DNA of 64,000 nucleotides from Camelus ferus (Eukaryota). The stretch lies in NCBI RefSeq assembly GCF_009834535.1, contig NC_045697.1, forward strand, positions 35,962,001 through 36,026,000, in the 5' to 3' direction. Shown in pieces: positions 1 through 10,561 of the stretch. Each line of letters begins with the position of its first letter. Within the stretch, counting starts at the first letter, position 1. Below the pieces are notes generated by a model. It saw nothing but the letters and a program-made list of their open reading frames with translations. It was not told the DNA's origin and did no database searches. A program made the position numbers and the translations under genes.

Positions 1-1390
1 GTGTTTACACAAATTTACACTCCGATCAGCAATCCATGAGCGTTCCAGTCGTTCCACATTCTCATCATCAATGGATATTTTCTATCTTTTTTCATTTTGG
101 CCATTATGGTGGGTAATAATTGTGTCTCTTGTAATTTTAATTTGCATCTCCCTGATTAGTGAAGTTAAGCACCTTTTCATTTTTGTTGGTTACTTAGAAA
201 TAACTTTATGAAGTTTCTGTTACATTTTTTGCCAATTTTTCTGAGTTGAACGTTTTTATTTGATTTTTCCTAACATTTGATTATAAAAATTCAAATATTT
301 AGCAAAGTTTAACAAATTTTACAGTAACCACATGTAAACTTACCACACAGATTCCACCATTAACATTTTATAAAACCTGCTTTATTATATTTCTATGCTT
401 CACTTTATCCATCTTAATGTTGCTGCATTTCAAAGTTAATTGGAGATAGCAATACGTGTCCTCTAAAGACTTCAGCATATATATAATTAATTAGAATTCA
501 ATATTTAAGGTTTCTTTTGATGTAGCACTTACATGAAATGAAATGTACAACTCTTCAGTGTACATTTGCTGAGTTTTGAGCAAAGGAATTTTGAGTTCAA
601 TGCTGCCTTTCATTCAGTCTCCATTTCCACTTTCCTGGGGGCAACCACTGTTCTGATTTTTTTCCCCTCCACTGTAAATTAGCTTTACCTGTTTCAGAAT
701 TTCATATAACTGGATTCATACAGTATGTGCTGTTTTGCATAAGATTTTTTTCACTCAGCATACTGTATTTCAGATTCATTCCTGTTGTTGCGTGTGTCAG
801 TAATTCATTTCTTTTCGTTGCTGAGTAGTATTCCATTGGATAAATATACCACAGTTTATCCATTATAAGAGGACTTTTTAAAACATGCATCCTTTGTCAA
901 GTGTATGTGTTGCAAATATCTCCTCCAATTCTGAGTTCCTTTTCATTCTTTTAATGATGTCCTTTGAGGGGAAAAGTTCTTAATTTTCATACTCCAATGT
1001 ATCAAATGTTTATGATGATAGGTTTTATTTAAGAAATCTCTCCCTTCAGGTTATAAAGATTCCTTTTCTGTTTTCCTCTAAATGCTTTACTATTCTAGTT
1101 CACTCACTTAGAACTGCAATCCATTTTGAATTGATTATTGTGAATGATGGGATATAAAGGTGGGTCCAGATACCTTTTTTTTCTATGTGGATATCCAGTG
1201 AATCCAACATGTTTATTTAAAAGACCACTTCCCCTACTTGAAGTTTTCATATATCAGGTGACCGTACATGTGTTGACCTACTTCCCACTCTATTCTATTT
1301 GATAGGTTGGTTTTATCTGTCAGTTGTGTCTGTCTTTGCACCAATACCACATGGTCTTCATTACTATAGCTTTATAATTACCCTTGATAG
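1..1390 (-). mobile_element. Old L1 fragments (ORF2 3' end and 3' UTR, nested)
   Basis: Typical antisense L1 sequence; ORF 702..890 translates to MDKLWYIYPMEYYSATKRNELLTHATT, the L1 ORF2 C-terminus/3' UTR signature. Confidence 0.85.
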
Positions 1391-1399
1391 TGTCTCAGT

Positions 1400-1515
1400 G
1401 AACTGAATTTTTAATTTATCTTAAATATAAATAGCCACGTGGCTAGTGCCTACTGTATTGGACAGTGCAGATTAGAACATCCTCATGGGAAGTTCTGTTG
1501 ATAGAACTGCCCTGG
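1400..1515. mobile_element. MER3/MER33-like hAT-Charlie DNA transposon fragment
   Basis: AATAGCCACGTGGCTAGTGCCTACTGTATTGGACAGTGCAG motif. Confidence 0.75.
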
Positions 1516-2214
1516 AAGACATCTGGAGGCCAATACCAGATACTTCATTTCATAATCACAAGCCACCTGAGCTTACTGCTGGACTGCTCTTCAAAAATAT
1601 CTGTGAAATCTTTTTTAAAGAAATTCAGAAGACATCTTCTTAAAAATAGGTAAGACATCCAGCTCTTTTGACCTTGCACTTTTAACAATGAAAACATTAT
1701 TTCAGGTGTAGGAGAGCCTCAAACTTTGGGAGACATTTCCTGTGATCAGACACCATGAAATACGTATCTCCAACTCACAGGGAAAGATTCCTGCTGTAAT
1801 ACCTGCTGTAATATTATCAGCTCTTGTCCAAGGTACTTACCAACTCTCTCTTAGAGGGCTCTCCTGGGCCATGACTAGTTGTGTTGGGAGAATTTGCCCT
1901 CCGACCTGCAATCAGAGGTCAGATCTGGCTACTGTGTGTAAGGGATTCCTCAAACCATATTGTCTTGTTGACATTTTCCAAGTCAAAAGACACTGAAGTC
2001 TTCTGACTTGTAAAATGATACGTACGTATTATGTCCTTCATGTGTTCCTTTTTAAATCAGGTGTATTTATTTCTCCCCACAACACTGGCATTTGATAATT
2101 GTTTCTTTTCCAGTGTCTTGTGTTTCCTAGTCACTGTGATGGTTATTTTATCATCAGTTTCAAGACTCGAATATAGCACAGGGTTTTAGTCATGATCTAA
2201 ATTTCCATTGCCAC

Positions 2215-2470
2215 AATAAATATCTATTGAGCACTTACTCTGGGAGATGCCCTGTGCTAGGCCCTGGAGAGCAACTCTGACAAATAGTGACTAATAGTTA
2301 CCATTGAGCATCTACTATTCTCCAAGCATTTGCATTTGTTATCTTTAATGATCATAACACTGCAAGGTAAGTACTGTTACCTCACTTTTCAGATGATGAA
2401 ACTAAGGTTTAGGGTAGGGGGTGGTTAGGTTCCTATAGTAATAAGTGCTGAGCTGAGATTGAAGCTATGA
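2215..2470 (-). mobile_element. L2 3' end fragment followed by MIR
   Basis: AAATATCTATTGAGCACTTACT...TGTGCTAGGCCCTGG and the MIR core CAGATGATGAAACTAAGG. Confidence 0.7.
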
Positions 2471-3089
2471 ATCCCACCACCACCACCTCCACAAGACTAT
2501 CAGACTTAAAAGGGGCTTTGTTTCCTCTTGAGGAGCATATGGTCTTGTAGAGGAGATGAGCACACAATAACCACAACATCCAGCAGAACAAACATTACAA
2601 AAGGGAGAGGGAAGAAAGCACAAACAAATGAAGGTTGGCACTGAATCCTACTGGCAAGTCTGAAGGATGTTATGGCTGAAGCCAATGTGGGAAATGAGCC
2701 AGGTGGCCATAGCAACTTGGTCTTGTAAATGTCTCCTGAAATGCTTTCTCCTCCATGAAGTCCCTCTGGAATGAATGATCTGAGGAGAAGCAACAATCTT
2801 CCTTCTCCCTCTCCTCAGTCCTCAGCCAGGCTTTTCTCTGACCCTACTTCTGAATAGGTGCCATTGTTAACATGTGGCCAGTATCCTCTTTAAATGGACA
2901 ACTCTCCAGTGACCACCTCAGAACCAGAATCTGTCTGTGCTGGGCTGCTTTGAGACACCCTCCAGAGCAAACATCCAAGTTAATGTGGAAGACTTGCAAA
3001 GACTTGGCCCTTTAAGAAGACCCTGTGAATGTGATGGCTGGATCTCTAGCTGCTATCTTGGACCATAAGGATTAATATCATACCCTATG

Positions 3090-3556
3090 TATTATGGGTT
3101 GCATTGTGTCTCCCCTAAATTCATATGTCAAAGTCCTAACACCCCAGTACCTTAGAACAAGACCTTATTAGAAATGTGATATTACAGGGTCATTGCAGAT
3201 GTAATTAGATAAGAAGAGGTCATATGGAAGAAAAAGGAGCCCCTAATCCAAAATGACTGGTGTCCTTATAAAAAGGGGAAATTTGGACACAGACACACAC
3301 TGAGTGATAACCCTATATGAACATGAAGATGAAGGAAGAGATGCTTCTACAAGCCAATGAATGCCCAAGGTGGCCAGAGAACTACTAGGGGAGAAAGCCT
3401 GGAATAGATGCATCCTTCCAGCCACCAGAAAGAACCAACCCTGTCAGCTCCTTCATAGCAGACTTCTAGCCCCAGAACTGTGAAACAATACATCTCTGAT
3501 AGTTAAGCCCTCCAGTTTGCAGTACTGTGTTACAGCAGCCCTGGGAAACAGATACA
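3090..3556 (+). mobile_element. MaLR solo LTR (MLT1B/C-like)
   Basis: Starts TATTATGGGTTGCATTGTGTCTCCCC, ends TTACAGCAGCCCTGGGAAACAGATACA; near-TSD CTATG/CTAAG. Confidence 0.85.
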
Positions 3557-3667
3557 CTAAGGATGGCAGAGAAATGAGGTGGAAGGAATCTGAGCCCCAA
3601 GAACTGTATGGAACTCAATGTCAACATCTGCCTTGGTCCTGATAACCACCTGCCTTGTTTAAGGCAC

Positions 3668-4432
3668 TGTGATACTGTGGTGTATAAGAAATACATTTTG
3701 GGTCTTTGTCCCTCTGGCACAGAGCTCCTAAAGTCCTTGGAATTTCTTAAGTGTGAAAGTGGTATGTTAATGAGGTGGTTTTTTTTGAAAACACCTAGGG
3801 ATGGGGTTGCCTAAGGATCCAAACATATGATTAGAGGGTTGGAACTTTTAGTCCCCTCCACACCCCAAGGAAGGAGAGGGTCTGGAGGTTGACTCAGTCA
3901 CTAATGGCCTCTGATTTAATCAATTGTGCCCGAGTCATAAAGTCTCCATTAAAAACCCAAAAGAGGGTTCAGAGAGCTTCTGGGTTGGTGAATGCATGGA
4001 GATTCGGGGAGAATGGTGACCTCCAAGAGGGCATGAGAGCTCTGCCCCACTTCTGAATACATTGCCCTCTGCATCTCTTCTACCTGGCTGTTCCTCAGTT
4101 ATATCCTTTTATAATAAACCAGTAATCTAGTAAGTGAAATGTTTCTCTGAGGTCTGTGAGCCACTCTAATTAAACAAACCCAAGGCTAGGGGCATGGGAA
4201 CATCTGATCTAAGCCAGCTGGTCAAAAGCACAGGTAACAACCTAGACCTGTGATTGGCATTAGAAGTGGAGGACAGTCTTGTGGGACCGAGCCCTTAACC
4301 TGCGGGTTCTGATTCTATCTCCAGGTAGCTAGGGTCAGAACAGAGTTAAATTATGGGACAGCCATCTGATGTCTGAGAATTGCTTGAATGTGTATGGGAA
4401 ACCCTCACACATCTTAACGGGTGATCAGAACC
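3668..4432. mobile_element. MER21-like LTR
   Basis: TGTGATACTGTGGTGTATAAGAAATACA...CAGAGCTCCTAAAGTCCTTGGAATTTC start and GAGAGCTTCTGGGTTGGTGAA motif, typical of MER21. Confidence 0.8.
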
Positions 4433-5079
4433 TTAGGCTCTGTAACTGCGCCTCTGTTACTTGTGTTCAGACCAATCCTGACGCTAAGGAAAACACCCAA
4501 ACTCCTCATGATGAACTACTAGGCCCGTGAAGATTGGGCCCCTGACTTCTTTCCTGCCTTCACCTTGGGGACCCCACATGTTCAGTCACATGGCGACACT
4601 ACTTTACTCCTGAAGCCCTCTCTTGACCTCCTTCCCCTGTGCTTGCTTCTTCCTCTGCTGGTAACATCTTTCTTATCCCGGTCTCTCTGCCTGCATTCTT
4701 TCTCGTGCTTCGTGGCCTGGTCACCTCTAAACTCAGGCTTTTCATTCTCCAGAATTCCTTCCCTGACGTCACCAGGATTGGTTTCTGACCCTGTGCTCCC
4801 AGTGCTTCCTGCCATCACAATGTTATTAATGACACTGTAGATTACAAACAGCTTTTAGAGTTCAGCACCTGGCCCATCGTAAACACTCATTATGTCTTTG
4901 TTCAATGATGAAGGATCACTAGGGGTTTTCCTTGGCCAATCTATGGGTAGATGTGTTCTGAATCTCTAAAGTAAAGATTTGCATTTGTTTTGTTTTGAAG
5001 AGCAGCCCAACAATAAATTTAAAGATGGCCTGTAACTATGACATGAGGCCTCTGGAATCGGCTCTAAATATCTTCTACA

Positions 5080-5772
5080 GCAGTGCTATCCAGCTTCCTG
5101 TGAAGATGGAAATGTTCTATGACTGTGCTGTTCAATGTGATGGCCTCTATCCACCTGGATATTTCAATTTCAATTCAATTCAATTAAAAATTCCGTTTCT
5201 TAGTAGGTTGAATAATCTCCTCCAAACAGATCCACATCCTAATTTCCAGAACCTATTAATTGTACCAGAATCTATTAACTGTACCTTATATGACAAAAGG
5301 GACCTTGCAGATGTGATTAAACTAAAGATCTTGAGATGGAAAAATTATCCTGGATTATTTGAGTGGGCCCTAAATGTAATTACAGATGTCCTTTTAAGAA
5401 GGAGACAGAGAGAGATTTGACTGCAGAACAGAAGAAGACAGTGTGACAGCTGAGGCAAGAAGCTTCAAAGCAAACTTGGCTTTGAAGATGGAGAAAAGGG
5501 CCTTAAGCCAATGAATGCACAGAATGAAGCTCTAGAACCTGGAAGAGGCAAAGAAACAGGCTGTTCCGCAGGGCCTTGAGAAGGAGCATGGCCCTACAGA
5601 CACCTAGATGCTGGCCCAGTGAAACTGACTTCAACTTCTGACCTCCAGAACTTTAAGACAATGAATGTGTGTTTTAAGCCAAATAATTTGTTACAGTGGC
5701 CATAGGAAATTAGTATCCTCAGTAGCACTAGCCACATTTCAAGAGCATATTTCTGGACAGTGCAGTGCTAGA
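5080..5772. mobile_element. MER3/MER33-like element interrupted by an MLT1D-like LTR (about 5199-5718, + strand)
   Basis: GATGGAAATGTTCTAT...TGCTGTTCAAT on the left and CTAGCCACATTTCAAG...GGACAGTGCAG on the right; the insert carries the MLT1D motif GCAGATGTGATTAAACTAAAGATCTTGAGATGG. Confidence 0.8.
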
Positions 5773-6497
5773 ATCCTCTGCTTGGTGAAGAAGCATGTCT
5801 CCTGGAAAATACATCTGTCAGAATTTAGAAACTCTAAATATTAATAATATGCCACGTGCATCCAATATGAACTTATGATATAATTATTATGCAGAGGAAA
5901 ATCAGGCTAAGGAAGCTCACCTTTCTTCCGTGCAAGCAGATCATCAGGACAACAGTAAATCAAGGCCTTTCTTTGACACTGTGATCCATTTCTTTCAGTC
6001 AAGCCACTTTATAAATGGCATCGTTTTTTCTCATGAAAATTTACACCGAAGAGAGTTGCTTCACTTCAATCCGTCTTTCTCTTTGGAACACCGGAAACGT
6101 CAGCAAATCCGATACGAATGATCCTTCTCTTGTAAAATGTCTCACTTGATAAAAACAATGGCCTAATGTCTCAGTTTTGTTTGCTGTGTACATGTGCGGT
6201 CCAGGCAGGAGCACATCAAAGGTGTGAGGGCGAAAGAGACTCACCTCTGATCTTTGCTTCAAAAGGCCACACTCACAGCAGCCTTCACGGCATTGCCTCG
6301 CAGATTTCAGTCTTCCGCCTCAACCTGTCTGCACACGTGGGAAGGTTTTATAACAGTTAACAATTGTTAGGAAAGTGAAAGAGCTACCTTCTTCGAAAAT
6401 GGTGTGGAGAGAAAAACCACCACCAAACGAACTCTATCAAGGCTATTACTAAATCACTCTGTTCTATCCCTTAACGTCAACACTCTAAACCCACGCG

Positions 6498-6640
6498 TGG
6501 GGGGAGAGAAATAGCTCAGTGATAGAGTGAGTGCTTACCATGCATGAGATCTTGAGTTCAATCCCCAGCACTGCCATCTAAATAAATAAATAAATAAACA
6601 AACAAACCTAATTACTTCCCTGCCCAACAACAAAAAGAAA
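6498..6640 (+). mobile_element. tRNA-derived camelid SINE (Vic-1-like)
   Basis: A-box TAGCTCAGTGATAGAG, B-box GAGTTCAATCCCC, then (TAAA)n and AAACCTAATTAC tail. Confidence 0.8.
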
Positions 6641-6689
6641 CCAGTTGGAAAAGATGGCTCATAATTCACCACTGGCAACTTTTTTGTTC

Positions 6690-7190
6690 AAAATTTTTCT
6701 CTAGTTCTAAAATATACATTAACATAAAATTGACCATTTTAACCATTTTTAAGTGGACAATTCAGTGGCATTAAGAAATTCATACTGTTGTGCAACCACC
6801 ACCACTATCCATTTCCAGAAATTATTCATCATCCCCAAACTGAAATTCTGCACCAGTTAAACAATAACTTCCACCCACCCTTCTCTCAGCCCCTGGTAAC
6901 CTTTACTCCACTCTATGTCTCTATGAACTCATGTCTTTATGATTATTCTAGGAACATCATATAAGTGAAATCATGCAGTGTCTGACTTACTTCAGGCAGC
7001 ATGATGTTTTCAGGGTCCATGCATGTTGTAGCATCTATCAGAATTTCATTCCTTTTTAAGGCTGACTATTCCATTGTTTGTATATACCATGTTTTGTTCA
7101 TCCATTCATATCCATCAATGGGCACTGGGTTGTTTCCATTTTTTGGCTATTGTGACCAATGCTGCTATGAACATTGGTGTAGACAATGGT
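6690..7190 (-). mobile_element. L1MA/MB-like 3' UTR
   Basis: AACATAAAATTGACCATTTTAACCATTTTTAAGTG...CAGCCCCTGGTAACC antisense L1 3' UTR. Confidence 0.85.
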
Positions 7191-7269
7191 GTATTTTATT
7201 AGTGGGCTATGCAAACCTATTAACCAGAATTTGTGCTGGATGAGAAATAGGTATGTCTTTCTTAAATTA

Positions 7270-7446
7270 GTGATTATAAAACTTGCCCATAAACTAGAAT
7301 CACCTGGGGGTGTTTTCAAAAACTCCCAATGCCCATGCTGCACCCCAGACCAATTATATCAGATTATCTGGGAGTGAGACACAGGCATCAGTATTCTTCA
7401 TAAATCTTACCAGTTGATTCCAATGTGCAGCCCAGTTGGAGAACCT
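7270..7446. mobile_element. MER5A-like hAT-Charlie element
   Basis: TAGAATCACCTGGGG...CACCCCAGACCAATTATATCAGA...TGATTCCAATGTGCAGCC...GAGAACC. Confidence 0.85.
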
Positions 7447-7829
7447 AAACAGTTGACTAGTAAACACTATTTCACCTAAAGTATTTTCCCTTTACAGTAT
7501 CTAAATCACACTTAGAGTTTCCATACTTCCAATTTCAATTTAGCTGAATTAAATTTATCTTTATATTTTTGAGATCTTCCAGCCAGAACACTTACACATA
7601 TAATTTAAGTTTGGAAGGGGGTGGAGAGGAATCATAGATCTACCTACCATTATTACAGAAGTGTTTGCTTCTATCAGCAAAAATGAACACATTCAAGAAT
7701 ACAAAAATAAACCTTTATACAATTAAATCTAATAATAAAAGTAGACACATTTTCTTTAATTTCAGCTCTAAAAATTAGCTCCCAGTAATACAATTATTTA
7801 ATATTTTTTGAAAATTCCATGCTAATGTA

Positions 7830-8950
7830 ATAATATATAAAAAGAAATCACTATTTGCCAGTGATGCAATTGCTAATCTTAGAAAATCCAAAGGAATCAG
7901 GTTTAAAATAAAAAATCCTGGAGGTATAAAAAAAGGTTAAATGGTAAGAAAAAGATAAAAGTCAATAGGATCCTTGTATAACCAGTCATGACCAGCTGAA
8001 AAATAAGAGATCCAATTTAAAACAGCCACAAATATATATAATACTTAAAACAAAAGATATAGTGTATATTTGTTTAGTTATAAACCATACCAGGCAATGT
8101 TCAGAGAACGGCTTGTAGAGCAGGCTGCTTAGTGCTAATCCTGGCTTTTACCCTTAGTAACTATGGGAAATTGGGAAGTTATCTAATCTCTCTGTGTCTT
8201 AGTTTATCCATCTGTAAAATGTAGATAATAATAGTGTCGACCTCATAGAGCTGGAAAGACTATATGAGTTAAAAATGTAAAGTGCTTATTTAAACAGTCC
8301 CAACTCTATAGCAAGTACCATTTCTGTGCTAGGTTTTAATTTTATTACTGTGAGTTTTTTGAAAAAGAAATTGGAAAGATGGAGAACTATGACATGTTCT
8401 TGAATAGAGTGCATTTACAGGCATAAAGAGAGGGGGACAGAAAATAAATATTGAATCATTGAGTGCATAAGAAATGAATTCTGAAACTTGAGACTAAATA
8501 TCTTTATGGGTCTGTTTTCCCTATTTAATTTATAATTACATAAATGTGTAAAATATAACATTTTGATTTTAATGCAATTTCAATTAAATCTAGAGAGAAT
8601 TCTAAATATAAAGAAAAAATATTTTTTAATGGAAAAAATAATGGATTCAAATATAAAGGAAGATCTGAAAGAGAAGGGTTATTATCAACTTTTACAGTAA
8701 ATTATGCAGCAATTACAGAATAGTGCTGGTAAAATAGAATTCTATTTCAGTGAATAAAAATCCAGAAGCAGACACAACCCTAAGTGGAAAAAAGAAACAG
8801 AAAATACGGCCGTGCAAGAGTTTTCAAAATCAAAGGGATAAAGGAAACTAATAAATACATTTTGATAACCAGATAGAAATTTGAAAACTAAGTAGTTCAT
8901 AGACAAGAATTTAAACATAAAAGCTTAAATTAATGAAGAATATCATTAGG
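7830..8950 (+). mobile_element. Very old L1 ORF2 remnant with a MIR (about 8100-8330, +) inserted
   Basis: TCACTATTTGCCAGTGATGCAATTGCTAATCTTAGAAAATCCAAAG resembles the SLFADD..LENPK RT motif; A-rich strand; MIR core TCTCTCTGTGTCTTAGTTTATCCATCTGTAAAATG. Confidence 0.65.
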
Positions 8951-9031
8951 GAATGATTTCTGAAACACATCCGCAGAGGAAACATCAATTTCTCTCTGCT
9001 TTGAAGACCTCAATAGAAAAAGGTATTTGAA

Positions 9032-9201
9032 ACAAGTTCATACTTACAGCACAGGGAACTATATTCAATATCTTGTAGTAACTTATGGTGAAAAAGAATA
9101 TGAAAACAAATATATGTATTCATGTATGACTGAAGCATTATGCTGTACACCAGAAGTTACACATCGTAAACTGACTATACTTCAATAAAATATATATATA
9201 A
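9032..9201 (+). mobile_element. Young 5'-truncated artiodactyl/camelid L1 3' end with perfect 17-bp TSD
   Basis: AGCACAGGGAACTATATTCAATATCTTGTA...TTCAATAAAA; TSD AGAAAAAGGTATTTGAA at 9015-9031 and 9202-9218. Confidence 0.9.
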
Positions 9202-9309
9202 AGAAAAAGGTATTTGAATATATATTATAATTTTAAATAGCTGTAAAATGGAAAACAAAAGCACAAGGACAAAATAGAAGTTTAAAATGCAAGTATGACA
9301 TACAGTTTA

Positions 9310-9735
9310 TCCATCACTTCTCCCCACCTCCACTTCTACCATCCTGGCCAAAGAATCTCTTACTTTGACCTCTGAAATAGCCCCTCCTGGAACTGGTCTC
9401 TCTGCCTCCACCCTTGCCTTCCTAAAAATCCATCCTCTGCATGACAAGCTGAGTGATCCTTTCTTAAAGCTCTTATGACCGAGTCAACTTTCACACTTAA
9501 CACTCTCCCTTGCTTTTCCATGGCTCTTAAATTTAAATCCCCAGACAAATTCACGAGGCCCCACGTGATCACTCACCTCCCTCCAGTCTCTATCCTTGAA
9601 CTGCCCTGAGTCTTTTTTGAAATTGAAGTATAGTTGATTTACAATGTTGTGTTTCAGGTGTACAGCAAAGTGATTCAGCTATACATATATACTACCTGAG
9701 TGTTGTACCAGCTGTTCCCTCTGCCTAGAATGCTC
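9310..9735 (+). mobile_element. L2 fragment containing a short antisense L1 3' end (about 9612-9691)
   Basis: L2 motifs CCTCCTGGAACTGGTCTCTCTGCCTCC and GCTGTTCCCTCTGCCTAGAATGCTCT; insert TTGAAGTATAGTTGATTTACAATGTTGTG flanked by CCTGAGT repeats. Confidence 0.75.
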
Positions 9736-9839
9736 TTTTAAAGTTCAAAGTAATAATAAAAACATTTGTGAAGTGTCTTTCTGTATGTCTGGCACTTTCT
9801 AACACTTTAGACTGTAAATTAAATACACACAGGAAATCA

Positions 9840-10095
9840 GGAGAATACAGCGGGTCATCGCAGATTAAATGGTTTATAGCTTTCTCCCTAAGGGAAATAA
9901 AGAGAAAGTTTTCCATCAGTTATTAGACAAGGCTAAATACCTAAAATGTACTCTTTGAGACAAATTTAAAAGATTTCCAGAGGGCCTGTGCACATGCACA
10001 CTGGATTCTTTCACCTTGCAACAAAACCAAGGTTAGAAATGCCCTTTTGTTATTTGAACATACTCTCTTGTGTATCAAGAAAAGCCTAGAAAGTA
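9840..10095 (+). mobile_element. Probable MER4-group/MER34 internal fragment, opposite in orientation to env
   Basis: Motifs GATTTCCAGAGGGCC, TCTTTCACCTTGCAA and TTATTTGAACATA resemble the AT-rich internal region of MER4-group ERV1 elements as recalled. Confidence 0.45.
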
Positions 10096-10561
10096 TTATT
10101 GGGAGGAAAACTTTTTCTTTACCAACTTAGGTTGAAGTAGTTGGAAGAGGGGGTGCTGTGAAATAAGACAGATTAATAGGAACAAAGATCATTATACACA
10201 AATGCAGGAGCAAGGTACACACACAAATTTATTATACACAAATAAGGACTAAGGCTCTATATGCCAGCTTAATGAGGGGTGGGGGAGGGTGTTAAGGCTG
10301 CAGTGGTAAAGTGTGGAGGGTTCTCATAGGAAGTATTTACAAAATTCCTTGGCAGGTCCTGCTGCCAAGTCAGGCTCCACCCTATAGAAAGCTCCCTGAG
10401 AGAGGAGTTTATGGCAGCTGAATTCTCAGGAAGACCTGCTTTACTCATCAAAGGGAAGTTTAGAGAAGGCTTTTTTTCCCCTTCTCTTGCAGCTATTGTT
10501 TGTCCAGATGTCCTCAGTTTAAAATAGTCTTTATATCATTTTAGTGGGGTTAGTCCCTTCA
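10096..10561 (-). mobile_element. MER34-family 3' LTR of the provirus
   Basis: On the minus strand a purine-rich tract (ACAAGCAGGGAAA) is followed by TGAAGGGA at 10561, resembling the recalled MER34A start. AATAAA at 10228-10233; 3' end AAAGAAAAAGTTTTCCTCCCAATAA resembles MER34/MER39-type termini. Confidence 0.75.

Noticed and set aside
4995..5420. 141-aa ORF
   Set aside because: Spans a MER3-like element and an MLT1D LTR; the translation is typical LTR-derived text.
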